A DNA stretch of 62,884 nucleotides, counting the filler, from Rhabdomonas costata (taxonomy: Eukaryota): the NCBI GenBank assembly GCA_019059605.1. It is 25 parts of 25 records of this genome, joined end to end, with 100 filler letters (N's around TTAATTAATTAA, not from the genome) between each part and the next. Parts side by side here need not be neighbours in the genome. Positions count along the whole stretch, not along the records: positions 1 to 2,418 come from JAHMHO010003510.1; positions 2,519 to 4,936 come from JAHMHO010003511.1; positions 5,037 to 7,454 come from JAHMHO010003512.1; positions 7,555 to 9,971 come from JAHMHO010003513.1; positions 10,072 to 12,488 come from JAHMHO010003514.1; positions 12,589 to 15,005 come from JAHMHO010003515.1; 19 more parts are not named here. The stretch is one strand, 5' to 3'. The stretch's first letter is position 1; each line of letters begins with the position of its first letter. The notes beneath the pieces were generated by a model. It was not told the DNA's origin. It was given only the letters and a program-made list of their open reading frames with translations, and did not search any database. The translations under genes were made by a program, and so were the position numbers. Positions 1-13,547 of the stretch are shown one piece after another.

Positions 1-3
1 ATC

Positions 4-150
4 CGCTCGTTTCTAACAGACCTTGTGTGTGGGGAGGGGGGGGTGATGTTTCAAAGGGATTGTAGATCCAACGGCTAACCGTTACCGTTTCTTATCAGTG
101 TGATGGTTGCCCCCCCCCTCCCCACACACAAGTTCTGTTAGAAACGAGCG
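4..150. repeat. ~40-bp inverted repeat (hairpin) at contig start
   Basis: cgctcgtttctaacagaccttgtgtgtggggaggggggg (4-~43) is the reverse complement of ~110-150 with one mismatch. Confidence 0.9.
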
Positions 151-462
151 TATTTGGTAATGAACCCGACAAGCCGCGAAGTCCGGCCGCGCATTGTACG
201 CATTTTGCGCACAGCCAGGTGCTAGCGCATCACTAACGAAAGAGTAACTGAAGCAAACCCAAAAGCACAGAGTTCGTCTTGTTTCGGTTGCTCTGGCGAC
301 CGGACAACATTCGTGGATGAAAGCGGCCAAAGCTAACCAAAAGTATGATGCATCCCCGGAGTAAGCCAACGTAAAATGAGGTCGCCCGGTATCCAGTCCA
401 TCTCGAAAGCATAGCAGTGAAAGGTCCCTTTCTGCTCGCAACCTGAGGGTCGCAGCCAGCAC

Positions 463-2292
<1,830 letters not shown>

Positions 2293-2418
2293 CTGGCAAT
2301 GAAAACAAACCAAAAAATCCTCTGTAATTCTCTGTATAAGAACAAGAGTCTGTGTGAGACTTGAGAAGACACCAGGTTCGCCAACCAGCCCATAAACTCA
2401 GCCCCCTCCCCAAACCCC

Positions 2419-2518
2419 NNNNNNNNNNNNNNNNNNNNNNNNNNNNNNNNNNNNNNNNNNNNTTAATTAATTAANNNNNNNNNNNNNNNNNNNNNNNNNN
2501 NNNNNNNNNNNNNNNNNN
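2419..2518. other. Artificial contig-joining spacer (N44-TTAATTAATTAA-N44); 24 such spacers split the window into 25 contigs of ~2.4 kb
   Basis: The same 100-nt spacer, with stops in all six frames, recurs every ~2.5 kb (e.g. 4937-5036, 7455-7554, 60370-60469). Confidence 0.99.
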
Positions 2519-3220
2519 CGTCTTTTGATGCACTCGCAGTCGCTTCAACTCCAGTTCGATCAGCATGGGTGGAGCACTGCATCGTGTATGCGAGGGAGAG
2601 TGTGGGTGTCCAACCACACAAATCAGTGTGTGAGGAAGTGTGGCCATCCTCGAAGAGCTGAAGAGCTCCGCTTAGCAGTAGTGGAAGGGGTGTCTTTCCC
2701 CCCAAAGCAGCAGCAGCCGAGCCGAGGTGGGAGAATTGATGATAAAACTCGCATGGAGAACTCCGAACCAACTTGTGCCTTGTGCAAATAGTGTGTGGGG
2801 GGGGATTACTCTACAGCAGCCCGAGTGCCGCCCCGTTTAGTAGGTGAGGAAACAACACAGCGAGGGGCATCGTGTTCAAAGGCAAATGTAGCGAAAAGCA
2901 ACGCAGTTGCCAAGGACCCATGGAAACAGAAGAACGCCCCGTGTTTGTGGGAGAGAGATACACCTTTGTCAGTCCTCATCTTAAGTCTCCCGACTGCTCA
3001 AGACCCGTCATTTTGAGGCAACTGATGTCCCCAACCAGGCACGTGCTGGCCCCTATGTTCCACGGGAAGAAGGGAGGGTTTGGGGTGGGGCCAGAGTTGC
3101 CTTCACCCTCACGGCTAAGCGAAACCAGCGTGGTAGACCGTAAGTATGGATTCGAGCCGACTTCGGGGCCGGACAGTTTCCTTACCAGTGTTTTCACACC
3201 AAGCTCTGTGTGTGTCGCAG

Positions 3221-4918
3221 GTAGAGTCAGAGGAGCAGAAGTCTGACGAACTCTCCGCCAAGCTGATCACGGCTCGGGACGCAGTGAAGACGGCGCGGAC
3301 CAACATGGGCGGGGTCAACGTCACCCGAGATGGCAACAATATGATAGCAAATCAGGCATCTCTTTTGCTGCTCCCTTCGCACGAAAGTTGCAGGAAGCAA
3401 GAGCTCTGTGGTCCACGAATTGCCATAGTCCTCAACTCTGGCGCTCACACGACGCATGCCCTCGTATTCAAATCGGTGGAAGTGTGCATTGGGCGCACAG
3501 CTCACTCACGGTTGCGAAATCAGTGGGTTGCTTCAGGTATCGTTTTTCTAAAGCTCGTTCCACCGTAAATTCAGAACCACGGAATTCATGGTTTATTGAC
3601 TGTTTTATACTCTTCAAGCAAAAAAACCTGCCCGTGCGAGACTACGCGCCACGTGCGATGTGGTGGCATTCCAGACGGGTGCAAAATTCGAAATTTTCTC
3701 GCGTAGCAACACAAAACAAGACCTTTTTTATACTGGGGCGAACGAAAATGGCAGGGGGCATCGGGGGACCATGCAGTCATCCTCTTGAAGAGAATGACAA
3801 TTATATACGGTCTGAGGAGACCAGGTTTAAATGGGTCACATACGTTCCTCTGATAGTCCGCGTTTAACTATCCTTATTTTGTCATGTTATATTCTAGTAG
3901 TGTTGTGCCGACCTTGATGTTCAATAACGACCACGTCTGGAAAACGTCATTTGGCTTGTGCCCGCCACGCTGTGCGGGGCTGCAGAAACCCCGTCCTTGT
4001 GACTTGTGGTGGATAGCCTTCAGGCGCCTCTTGGTGCGGAGTTCAGGGGCTCACAGCCGAAGTCTGGTGTCCTCGGGTTTCCTCGGGGTGGGTTAGGTTC
4101 ACGTGCTGGAGAACCGCCTGGACAAGGCCCTGGTGAAGTTCAATGAAGCCCTGCACATCAACAAGCAGCTGCGGGAGCAGATCGACAGCCTGCGGAGGGA
4201 GCGCGCCGTGTTTGACACGATCTACAAGAAGCTCGAGCGCGAGCTCCAGGAGAAGAAGAAGGAGATGGCCTTCATCATCGAGGCCTGCCCATCACTCTTT
4301 GCTTGCTTTGTCTTTCACCCTCCATCGATGAGTGGACCCCAGCCTTACAGGCCTTAGTTTTGGTGTGCAACCACCGACAGTCCTCTTTTGGTCTTTCGTG
4401 CAGTTTGCACGTGGAGGTAGTCAGCCCTGGAATGTACTGAGGTTTTCAGGTGCAAACATTAGCTCTGCGAAATGGAACCTTTGACCCGGATAGGCCGCGG
4501 AACGATGTCAATGTATTCCTGTGTGTCTTCAGCTCCTGTGTATGTCAGCGCGTTCATTGCAGATAATGGGGCAGCTGTTTGCTGTGCATTCCTGGAGGTA
4601 ACGTTGGTTTTTGTCTCGCCGCCACCGCGCTCACCAGGTCTCCAACATTGCCTACGAGGAGAGGGACAACGCACAGAGCGAGCTCTCGCAGCTCAAACTG
4701 TACGCCTCGAAGGAGCTGCAGAGCTTCGATGAGACCTTCAAGGAGCTTGACGAGCTTCTCGAGGAGGACCGCAAGATGAAGGAGGGCATCCGCGCCCGCA
4801 TGCTGGAGAGCGGGCGGGCCCGTGATGACGCCAAGTCCAAGGCCTCAGGGAGTGCGCTGGAGGACGACCTTCTGGGCACGGGCGGGGGACCCTCCGGGGG
4901 CTCGGGCAAGAAGAAGAA
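3221..4918 (+). CDS. ODAD1: Outer dynein arm docking complex subunit (ODA1/DC2, ODAD1/CCDC114-like coiled coil), partial
   Basis: Exons 3221-3355 (..MGGVNV..ANQ), 4097-4282 (VHVLENRLDKALVKFNEALHINKQLREQIDSLRRERAVFDTIYKKLEREL) and 4638-4918 (VSNIAYEERDNAQSEL) join in frame. Both introns start with GC. Confidence 0.85.
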
Positions 4919-5056
4919 GTGTGCCTTTTCACCCACNNNNNNNNNNNNNNNNNNNNNNNNNNNNNNNNNNNNNNNNNNNNTTAATTAATTAANNNNNNNN
5001 NNNNNNNNNNNNNNNNNNNNNNNNNNNNNNNNNNNNGGGGTTTGTGTTCTTCGCAG

Positions 5057-7329
5057 GAGTCAATTGAGACGTGCCAGCAGGCCGGCATTAAGGTGATCAT
5101 GGTCACCGGGGATCACCCTGGTGCGCTCTATGTGTGGTGTAATCTGCTGTGCCCGGCTTTTCGGGCTTTCAGTTCAGTGCGAGACGTATTGACCTACTTT
5201 ATTGCCCCTCTGAACAGTACGGAGTGACCCAACAAACCTTTTTCTACTGAAGGTAATATACATTTTTGGTGAATATTCGCCGTTCAACTGGCTGTATTTT
5301 TCGGTCGTTCGGTTGAATACTCTTCGGGTACGTTTTACTGTAGTTTTTTATGTTGCTGTGTTTGATGGAAGTCCTTCACACGCCGAGCTTTCTGGTTTCT
5401 CTCTTTTGCAACTGTACTTTTTCCTGCTGCCTCCTTCCTGTGTTTCTTATTCTTGCATTTTCCTTGAACTACCTTTGTGAATTAGCCAGCACGCTGTTGT
5501 TTGAGTTCCTGATGTGTTCTCTCTATCGTAGAAACTGCACGGGCGATTGCCCGTAGCATCAGTATCATGCCTTCTGAGACAATCAAGGAGGTCGCCGAGC
5601 GGACGGGGCAGCCCGTCACTGACATCAACAAGGTGTGCACCCCACTGAAACTCTCCCCAAACCGACGGAATGAACACTGAGTGGCCGTTGTGACGTTGTG
5701 AAAACCCCCTGGAAGATTGCTGCTGGAACCCTCAGACCTTCCCCACAAGAACAGATTGATCTTTTGGGACCGACCTTGCGGGAGTGTAAATGGGGGGGCG
5801 GTGACATTTCGTCCCAGGGAAAGAGCGAAAAGCCCAGATCAGCGAAAGTCCAGTAATTGTGGCACGACATGGGCACACGGGTTCAGTAGAGATCGGAAAA
5901 AATGTTGAGGCAAACTAAGTTACAGAGGGATAGGATGGAGACGAAATGGGCCGGAAAAGGGAACTGTGAGGATACGGGGAGGAAAGAAGGGAAGGGAAAG
6001 CACGCAGACCGAGGACAATGAGCGACACAAGGGCGGGAGGGAGTTTCAGAAGAGCTTTCAGAACTCCTGTTGCTGGGTCTTGTCATCTCTGCAGCTGCCT
6101 TGGCGTACCCATGCATGCGCGCATTCGTTTGATAGGACGAGGTCAACGCGGTGGTTGTGACGGGCACGGAGCTGCCAGACTTCACAGAGGACCAGTGGAG
6201 CTACGTCCTGACCCGTAAGGAGGTGGTGTTTGCGCGCACCCTGCCGCAGCAGAAGCAAGATATTGTCCGCCGGTGTGCCCCCTGTTTTTCTTTGCTCTTG
6301 CGTGACCGATGAAAAGGCGGGAGGGGGGTCATTGGTTTTGAAATGGGAATCTTTCCTGTACTGATGGTCTTGCCCTTCTTCGCATTACAGGCTGCAGAAG
6401 ATCGGCCATATTGTGGCCGTTACTGGGGATGGCACCAACGACTGCCCCGCACTACGGCAGGTTGCGACACCCACAAGTACACACATACGCCTGTCGTGTG
6501 CGTGTCTTCGGGCCTCCGTCCACACTCAGCTATCATTCCTTTGGCTGCATTTCCCACGTTCAGCAATCGAACATAAGAATCAACAGGACCTAACTGAGGC
6601 CACGTCAAAATTCATTCCCCATTCTTCACAATCCTTATGTTAAATTTTCAGAACATGAGAATGCGAAGGGGCGTTTTTGGTTGTGGTTTAATCCCAAGCC
6701 CCAATCCACCCTTGCGCGTTTTCGTCTCGCCGCTTGCTTCTTCCTTTTTTTGGTCCCTTTTGGCAGGCCGCGTGTGGGGTGGCGATGGGCATTGCTGGCT
6801 CGGAGATCGCGAAGGAGGCCGCTCAAGTGGTATGCCTCGCATGCAATGCGTAACGTTCACACGGGAGTGGTAAGCACCGAGCTTCAGAATCTATCCAAAA
6901 TGTTCCAACAGCAATGGCCCTTGTTGACTCTCAAGAACATAGCACAATTTACTGAGGATACAGCCGACGCAGGTCGGCCCTTGGTCTTTTCTGTGCACAA
7001 GCGGGCCTCCCGAAATGCTGCGTGGCCGGTCTTTTCACCCTCAGTCCGGGACCCAGGCCCTTGGCCCCTTTGGCGGCTCTTCCTTCTTTCCCCAGGGGCC
7101 TAGCTCTCGTTCGTGTCTCGCAAGCTGGGGTGGTGCACGTTTCATAAGTTGATTTTGAATCATGATTGGTTGTTTTCAGGAGTGCTGCTGACGTCCAGCG
7201 TGTGCTTTGTTTCCTTAATGACTTTCGCTCGCTCGCTCGCTGATTCGTGCAGGTGCTGTTGGACGACAACTTTGCCAGTTTGGTGGTTGGCATTGAAGAG
7301 GGGCGCCTGATCTTCGACAACATGAAGAA
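5057..7329 (+). CDS. P-type ATPase alpha subunit, type IIC (Na+/K+-ATPase-like), P-domain region, partial
   Basis: Exons 5057-5120 ([13 protein letters not shown]), 5532-5632 (TARAIA), 6136-6272 ([12 protein letters not shown]), 6391-6460 ([17 protein letters not shown]), 6767-6829 ([16 protein letters not shown]) and 7253-7329 ([24 protein letters not shown]). Confidence 0.93.
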
Positions 7330-7710
7330 GTGTGTGTCGGGGCGCGTTTTCCTTTGGGCTACAAAGGCATATCAGTGGGTCCGTTGGAGTGGAAGTGGGA
7401 ATTGCCCCCCCCCCCCCCCCCAAAAAAAAAGAAAAAATTACGTTGGAAACCACCNNNNNNNNNNNNNNNNNNNNNNNNNNNNNNNNNNNNNNNNNNNNTT
7501 AATTAATTAANNNNNNNNNNNNNNNNNNNNNNNNNNNNNNNNNNNNNNNNNNNNTTACCAGCGGTGTGCCTCACTGTTGTGTGTGTGTGTGTGTCCTTCT
7601 CTATGTGTGACTTCCTCCTTTTGTTCCTCACTTGCCTTGCACGTGCGGTTTCCACCAGCAACGTCATTCACCGGTAACCCTTGGTCACGTTTTTTCTTAT
7701 GGATTGTCAG

Positions 7711-9483
7711 GTATGACGTCCTCACTTCGGCGTGTATCGACTTCACTGCCGCCGACTGTGCCGAGATGTATCACACCCTGAGGCCGTTTTTCAACCCCTC
7801 CACTCACCTCTGTGAGCCGGCCCTGCAGTGCAGCTCGGCTCAGCAGTGGGACCCCACCACGAACCTCTGCGTGGCTTGCCCAAGCTGTGGGAATAGCTCA
7901 TCCGCATCTCCTGGCCAGTTCCCCGCATGTGGAGTTTGGGGGAGGGATGGAGTGGGGTTGGTGCGAATGCTGACCAAGGTCAACCCCGAGCAGGCCACTC
8001 CAACGGTGCCCTTGTCTAACGGGGAGCGTTCGAAAGATGATGAAACGAAGGAGTGTTGTGTGACGTCGAAATTAGGGTTGTCGTCGCCGTCTGTGCTGAT
8101 TGGGTTCCTGAAAGAAAAGATCTATGTGCTGAATTGTTTAGTGGCGGATTTGAGGATCGGCCATTCAGGCATCAACTACGGCAATATATGTGGTAGTCCT
8201 CCAGGACACACCGCAGTGTTGTGACAGCGTCCCTCCCAGGAAAAGTATGTATGACATTGCCGATGGCTGAATTTGTTTGGTGTCATCTCTCCCAACATCT
8301 GTACCACGGGAGACCGGCCCCATCCTCAGCCTCTCAGCCCGCTAAGCCCTCCTCGCCGGCCTCCCCCACCTCCGCAGCCAGCTTCAGCTTCGGCAGCAAC
8401 CTGGGGGCACTGTTTGCCACCTCAACTAACTGTGTACACGGGGTAGTGACCGCGGCGGGGCTATGCCAGTGCGACTCCGGGTGGAGCACCGCGGTGGGCC
8501 AGGACCGCACCGACGCCGCGGCGTTCAGGTTCTGCAACTCCCTGGCCACGATCGCCCCGCAGCCGCCGCAGGACAATTCCACCACGACAGGTAGCACGTT
8601 GGTACAATTGTTGATAAGCTGTGGGGAAAACGGCAGAAGGAACCTGCGAACCAACGGACCAACGAACCAACGAAGCGACGAACGACCGAAATAGCGAGCG
8701 TATGTATGCGCTTATTAATGACGTACGTATGGTCAATTCTTTGCATTAACGTGAGCGGACTCCATGGGAACGGTCTGCCCATCAGCATGTTTTGTCTCCA
8801 CGATGGGATGCATGTTCGCTATCCTTGGGCAGCTCGTCCACCAGGCACTGATCGAGGCTAACTGCATGAACGCTCTGAGCGCAGCATCCGGGAGGTAAAA
8901 ACCGAAAAATGTCCTGTGTTGGTCGAATCTTGAACTTGCCGGTGTTTGAAAGGCCTTGAAGTGATGAAAGCCCTCCGAGGGAAGTCGGGTTGTACCCCTG
9001 TAGAATGATATGTTGTGTTATGTTGTATTTTTCCCCTACCCATCGGAATTGGATGGAATTTCTAATCTCCTGCTCATATATGCCTGGTGATGGTGTTTTC
9101 GTCCAACTGACTCCACATGTGTGCTTGTCCGAGGTGGAAAACTATGGTAAGAAGACTTGGAAATTACCTTGAAGAGACCGCCAGGCGGGCCCATCTTACT
9201 ACCCCATGCGGAATTTTACTTTCACACATCATCGTGCCCCTGTGTTTCACAAACCCTTTCAAAAAAAAAGCTGACCAAAATGCGGTAACGACGTCCGTTA
9301 CTTTGTCCTCCGTGGTCACTTTGGCGCTGAAGGTGGGTGTGGTTGGCGCACTGGCTCTGGTGGTGGTCTACATTCTGGGAGTGCTCATCCGGCGCTGCTG
9401 CCTGCGCCACAGCTGCGGAAGCTCGTTGTGCTGGTGGTGTGTGTGCCCACGACGCTTCCACAACTGGTCTAGGGACGAGAAGG
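7711..9483 (+). CDS. Cys-rich/EGF-like single-pass membrane protein, partial
   Basis: High-GC exons encode Cys-rich repeats (CEPALQCSSAQQWDPTTNLC), an EGF-like NCVHG...CQCDSGWST, and a TM segment (VGVVGALALVVVYILGVLI) followed by RRCC. Exon boundaries are approximate. Confidence 0.6.
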
Positions 9484-10399
9484 TGCGTCGCAGGGTAAAT
9501 GAGTGAAAGCTCGCTCTCACTAGGCTCAAAACGAATCAAGAACACATATCGACCAACAAGCATGATATTTTTGCCAAGCCCACTAGGCCCTCCCCCCATG
9601 AAAGCCAAATGGCCCCTGCAAGGCTACAAGCAGGATTTTTTTGCTCACTCCGGTGTCAGCGCAAAGTTGTTCTTTGACAGCGATGGCGCTGAAATAAGTT
9701 AGGGCAGAGACAAAAGCTTCGGTGCCTCAGAAAAGGCACCAAAAGCCTCCCAAAACTCGTTGACTGGTGTGGTTCGGGATGCCGGTTGACTTGGGTGGGA
9801 AGACCACAATCCAGAACGACAAGTAGAAATACGTGTCCACACTATAAAGAGACCTGCGGAGCAGGCCCCAATGTTCCCCCAATGAGCCCTCACTCGGTGG
9901 CACCTTCGTGATATTGAGCTCAAAGGCAAGCACACGTCGGATATCATCAAGCTGTGAGCTACCCCACCACCNNNNNNNNNNNNNNNNNNNNNNNNNNNNN
10001 NNNNNNNNNNNNNNNTTAATTAATTAANNNNNNNNNNNNNNNNNNNNNNNNNNNNNNNNNNNNNNNNNNNNTCTATTGGTCTCTGAGTAAATGTTGTACA
10101 GTGCTGAAAGTGGTGATGCAAATGGAAGCAACACGTCAAGATGCCAGGTGTGGTGACATCACACACCTTCACTAAGCTGATTGTTGTGGTTACTCCAGCA
10201 AAACAATGCTGCTTAGTGTGGTTGATGCTGCTCCAATCCAAGTTGTGGAATATTCACAGTTGGGGTCGCCTAGAACTGCGTGCATGATATATTCCATATA
10301 ATGGTGAATTTGAATGTCATCAATGATCAAATGCTGAGTGGAGTAAGAACGCAAACCACAAAAATTTGAGTGATATACGGTAATTGAAAACACAGTGAG

Positions 10400-12300
10400 A
10401 TGGAGCTCGGATATTGAACAGGTGATTTTGTGGCTACGCCTTTGTAATTGGCACTTGAAATCCCATATGGAGTGCACATGCCAACGTCTCAACCAGACAT
10501 CTCATCTGACCAGGAAGTATCAAAAGATTTGTTTTGTGTCCTGCTCTTTTCCATATCGATCTGGATCTTTGCATATTTGCTGTCATACACTGTGCATAAT
10601 TCCTGATCTCCGGAGCCTCTTGGTATTTCGCGGTATTCCAAATGTCCAGTTTTTCATTAGATTCACAAACTCCGGCTTTATCTCTCGCAATTTTACTGAA
10701 TTGTTACTCTTTATTTTATTTCAACTCTGCCCACATCGTGATCTTGAGCTTCTGTTACGGCTTTCAACACTATCGCCGTTTAGATCATATGACATATTAT
10801 TTCTTCTATGTTTGTTCTTAAATTGCCGGATCTTCTGTAAAAACACCGCCACTGTGCAATCTAAATTATATCAGTATTTCCTAAATCATTTCCAAATCAA
10901 AATCATAGTACCTCCGATTGTAACCAACTCGGTACCTTTGGATATTCGGCAACGGCGTATACATTCTCGAATTTACCTGGACTTAGTCTCCTACAACAGT
11001 CTCTTAATCATACTCTGCATATCTTTGTACTGAACGCAATTTAAGTCTGCACAATTCACTCCACACAACGCGTTTCAAATCTCGTAAATTTTATCAAAGA
11101 ATCACTATATCTACAATATAACCACACACACAGAGACACGCACACGGGCTTACACAACCACAAACTTACAACCATCAGTGATACGTTACAAAATTAAAAG
11201 ACTCGTATTGATAATAGAACTCATCTGTGTTTTCCAAAGTAGCAAACTTATTACTTAAAACAAAACAAAATGACTCATTAGAATAATATCAAAAAAGTAA
11301 ATATTACAAAATGTTTTCTGAAGCTTCTTATGCTGAACATACGCACTATTATGGTAAGATTACATCGGCAACATTTTTTTCAATTTAGCCTCTTTAACAA
11401 CACCTTGTTACACCACCACAATAACTTCTTCAGCAAAAAGCGCACAAAGCAATGTAGAAAACATTGACTGGTGTCTCGTATCCACATTATCTATCAAATA
11501 CTGCTTACCGCATATTAAATACAACCGCATTTTATTTTCCTTAAAAGCTTAAACCAATTTGCGTCCTTCAAATTTGGCATAATTAAAAACAATCTCGACT
11601 TTTATCTGCAAATATTTATCAAAACCAATGGAATTAAACTCCGAGTAGTATTTACGTGAAAGATAACCTGGAACAGTGAATATGGAATCCACTCATAAGC
11701 GAGTGCATTAGGTCCTAGCGCTAACTCATCCAATTTCTATGTCTTAACCTACCTAGTACCTTGGCAACTAGCTGTCGTCTTTTGAGCGACAAACTCCGCT
11801 TTAAAAGCATACTGTGACGTGCTTATACAAAACACGAGGGTCTGAATTTAGATCTTATTCATTCATGAAAACAAGCTTTGAGTACTCTACTCAAAAACTC
11901 TCCATGAGCGTCCTTCAGATTCGATAACCGTGTACCATTTTGTATTACGAGGCCTGTCAACAGCTCATGAGCGACTCCACATTCAGACACTTGTCATAAC
12001 ATTATTCAAAGTACAGAGGCAGTTTAATCAACACTTATCGTAACCATCAAAGCTCATGGACATCTTATCCAGCTCTCTAGTTCTAATCTCGAGGCACATG
12101 ATGGTCCGTAACGGCACATGCGCAAAACCTCTCTGCACTAGCAATGGATTCAACCTACTCTTCTTCAATCTAGCCAACAGCGAGGTCATTTTTATAAATT
12201 GATCAATCCAATTTGTCGTAATTTTTGCTCGTTTTGGAAACGGTGACTCTGTGTAATAATGCCACTGTCTCATTTTTAGCTCCTTATTGTGTTCTCATGG
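10400..12300 (-). pseudogene. Decayed non-LTR (LINE-like) retrotransposon reverse transcriptase remnant
   Basis: AT-rich contig. Minus-strand fragments appear in RT order despite stops and frameshifts: ALGPNALAYEWI (~11685-11720, like APGPDG..E), LIPLVLINICR*K (like RPIxLLN..K), TRHQSMFSTLLCALFAE (~11430-11480, like RQGxPLSPLLF), NVADVIL (~11355-11375, like YADD) and LHSGG (~10850). Confidence 0.55.
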
Positions 12301-12610
12301 AGCTTCTTCGTACTTATCATCTACCACTATTTGCAATTTTACTTGTATGGTATTGATATAGAGATTATATTATTCCATTTCACAAACCACGTAGCTCAGC
12401 TTGCCATGGAGCACGCGTGGCACACATTTCGTGTTTTCTTTGTGTAACATAGCAGATATACCACTTTACCAACCATAAATTAACTGAANNNNNNNNNNNN
12501 NNNNNNNNNNNNNNNNNNNNNNNNNNNNNNNNTTAATTAATTAANNNNNNNNNNNNNNNNNNNNNNNNNNNNNNNNNNNNNNNNNNNNTTTGTCACATGG
12601 ACAGAACCCA

Positions 12611-12645
12611 GGTTCTAGGTCTAGGGTCTAGGGTAAGGGTTAGGG
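12611..12645 (+). repeat. Degenerate telomere-like repeats (TCTAGGG/TAAGGG/TTAGGG)
   Basis: ggttctaggtctagggtctagggtaagggttaggg. Confidence 0.6.
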
Positions 12646-13547
12646 CTAAACCTTGCGTCTGTTACACTTGACTCTGTACCGTGTTCCCAATAGGATGCTG
12701 GATGGGGGCAAAGGGCAGCTTCTGGCCAGTTGGGACACATGTTTGTTAAATTGTGGGGATGGGTAGCACTTCCGAGTTGATTTTTCTGCCAGCTTGCCTA
12801 GTTCTGGCATCTAAATGATTCCATTTTCGCTGCCCTTTTCGACTTCACCGCATTTCCAAGGGGCCTGGGGGTGCCCTTGTTGCGACTTTGCCGGCCTGCA
12901 TGCTCAGCCGAAGCTGCTCAGCATTTCTAAGAGTTGAGCCGAGGGGTACTTCATGGTGGCAGCGGAGTGGGTCGGAATACTTCGGTTTGAGACTGCATCT
13001 GTGGGTCTTTTTAGGGCCATTTTAGGCTTTGGGCTTTTGCGTGGCCTTTTTGCAGGTAAGGGCCCTTTTTGGTACCTTTGCAGGCTCCTGTGGTCACTCG
13101 TACTCACAGCTGGGTGTGAAGGGTGAACAACTGGTACGGATACTGTCAGACATCGAAATCGGCCCGAATCCATATTACGGTCCACCACACGCTGGTCTCG
13201 CTTTGGCATATGGGTGAAGACAGCCCTGGGCCCCACCTCAAACAGGTGAGAAAACGTGGGGGGCAAGCTGGGGCTTCAGATTTTGGGGACAGAAGTTGCC
13301 TGAAGACTGGCCGAGGTCTGCAGCATTGGCAAAGCTTGAGAAAGAGAAAGGATAGAGGTCTCTCTTTGTTTCACCAGAACCCCAACTCCACCTGAAGCAG
13401 AGCATAGTAATACTGCAGCGCCTCGGGCTCCACAGGGAACGGCGTTATCAGCACCACGCTGGCCTGGGGGTGCCTGGCCAGGTCGGCCAGCCGGGCTCCC
13501 ATCTGAGTGTTCTGCAGCTACCCCACCATCCCAGCCTTCCCCAAGAC

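Noticed and set aside
2463-2474. Regularly spaced TTAATTAATTAA resembling a repeat array
   Set aside because: It is an artificial six-frame-stop linker embedded in Ns. Genes on different contigs are not neighbours, so no gene cluster can be inferred.
10374-12300. Gene in an alternative genetic code (TAA/TAG=Gln, TGA=Trp)
   Set aside because: The RT-like motifs fall in different frames and stop density is about what AT-rich DNA gives by chance. Decay explains this better, and host genes end in standard TAG/TGA.
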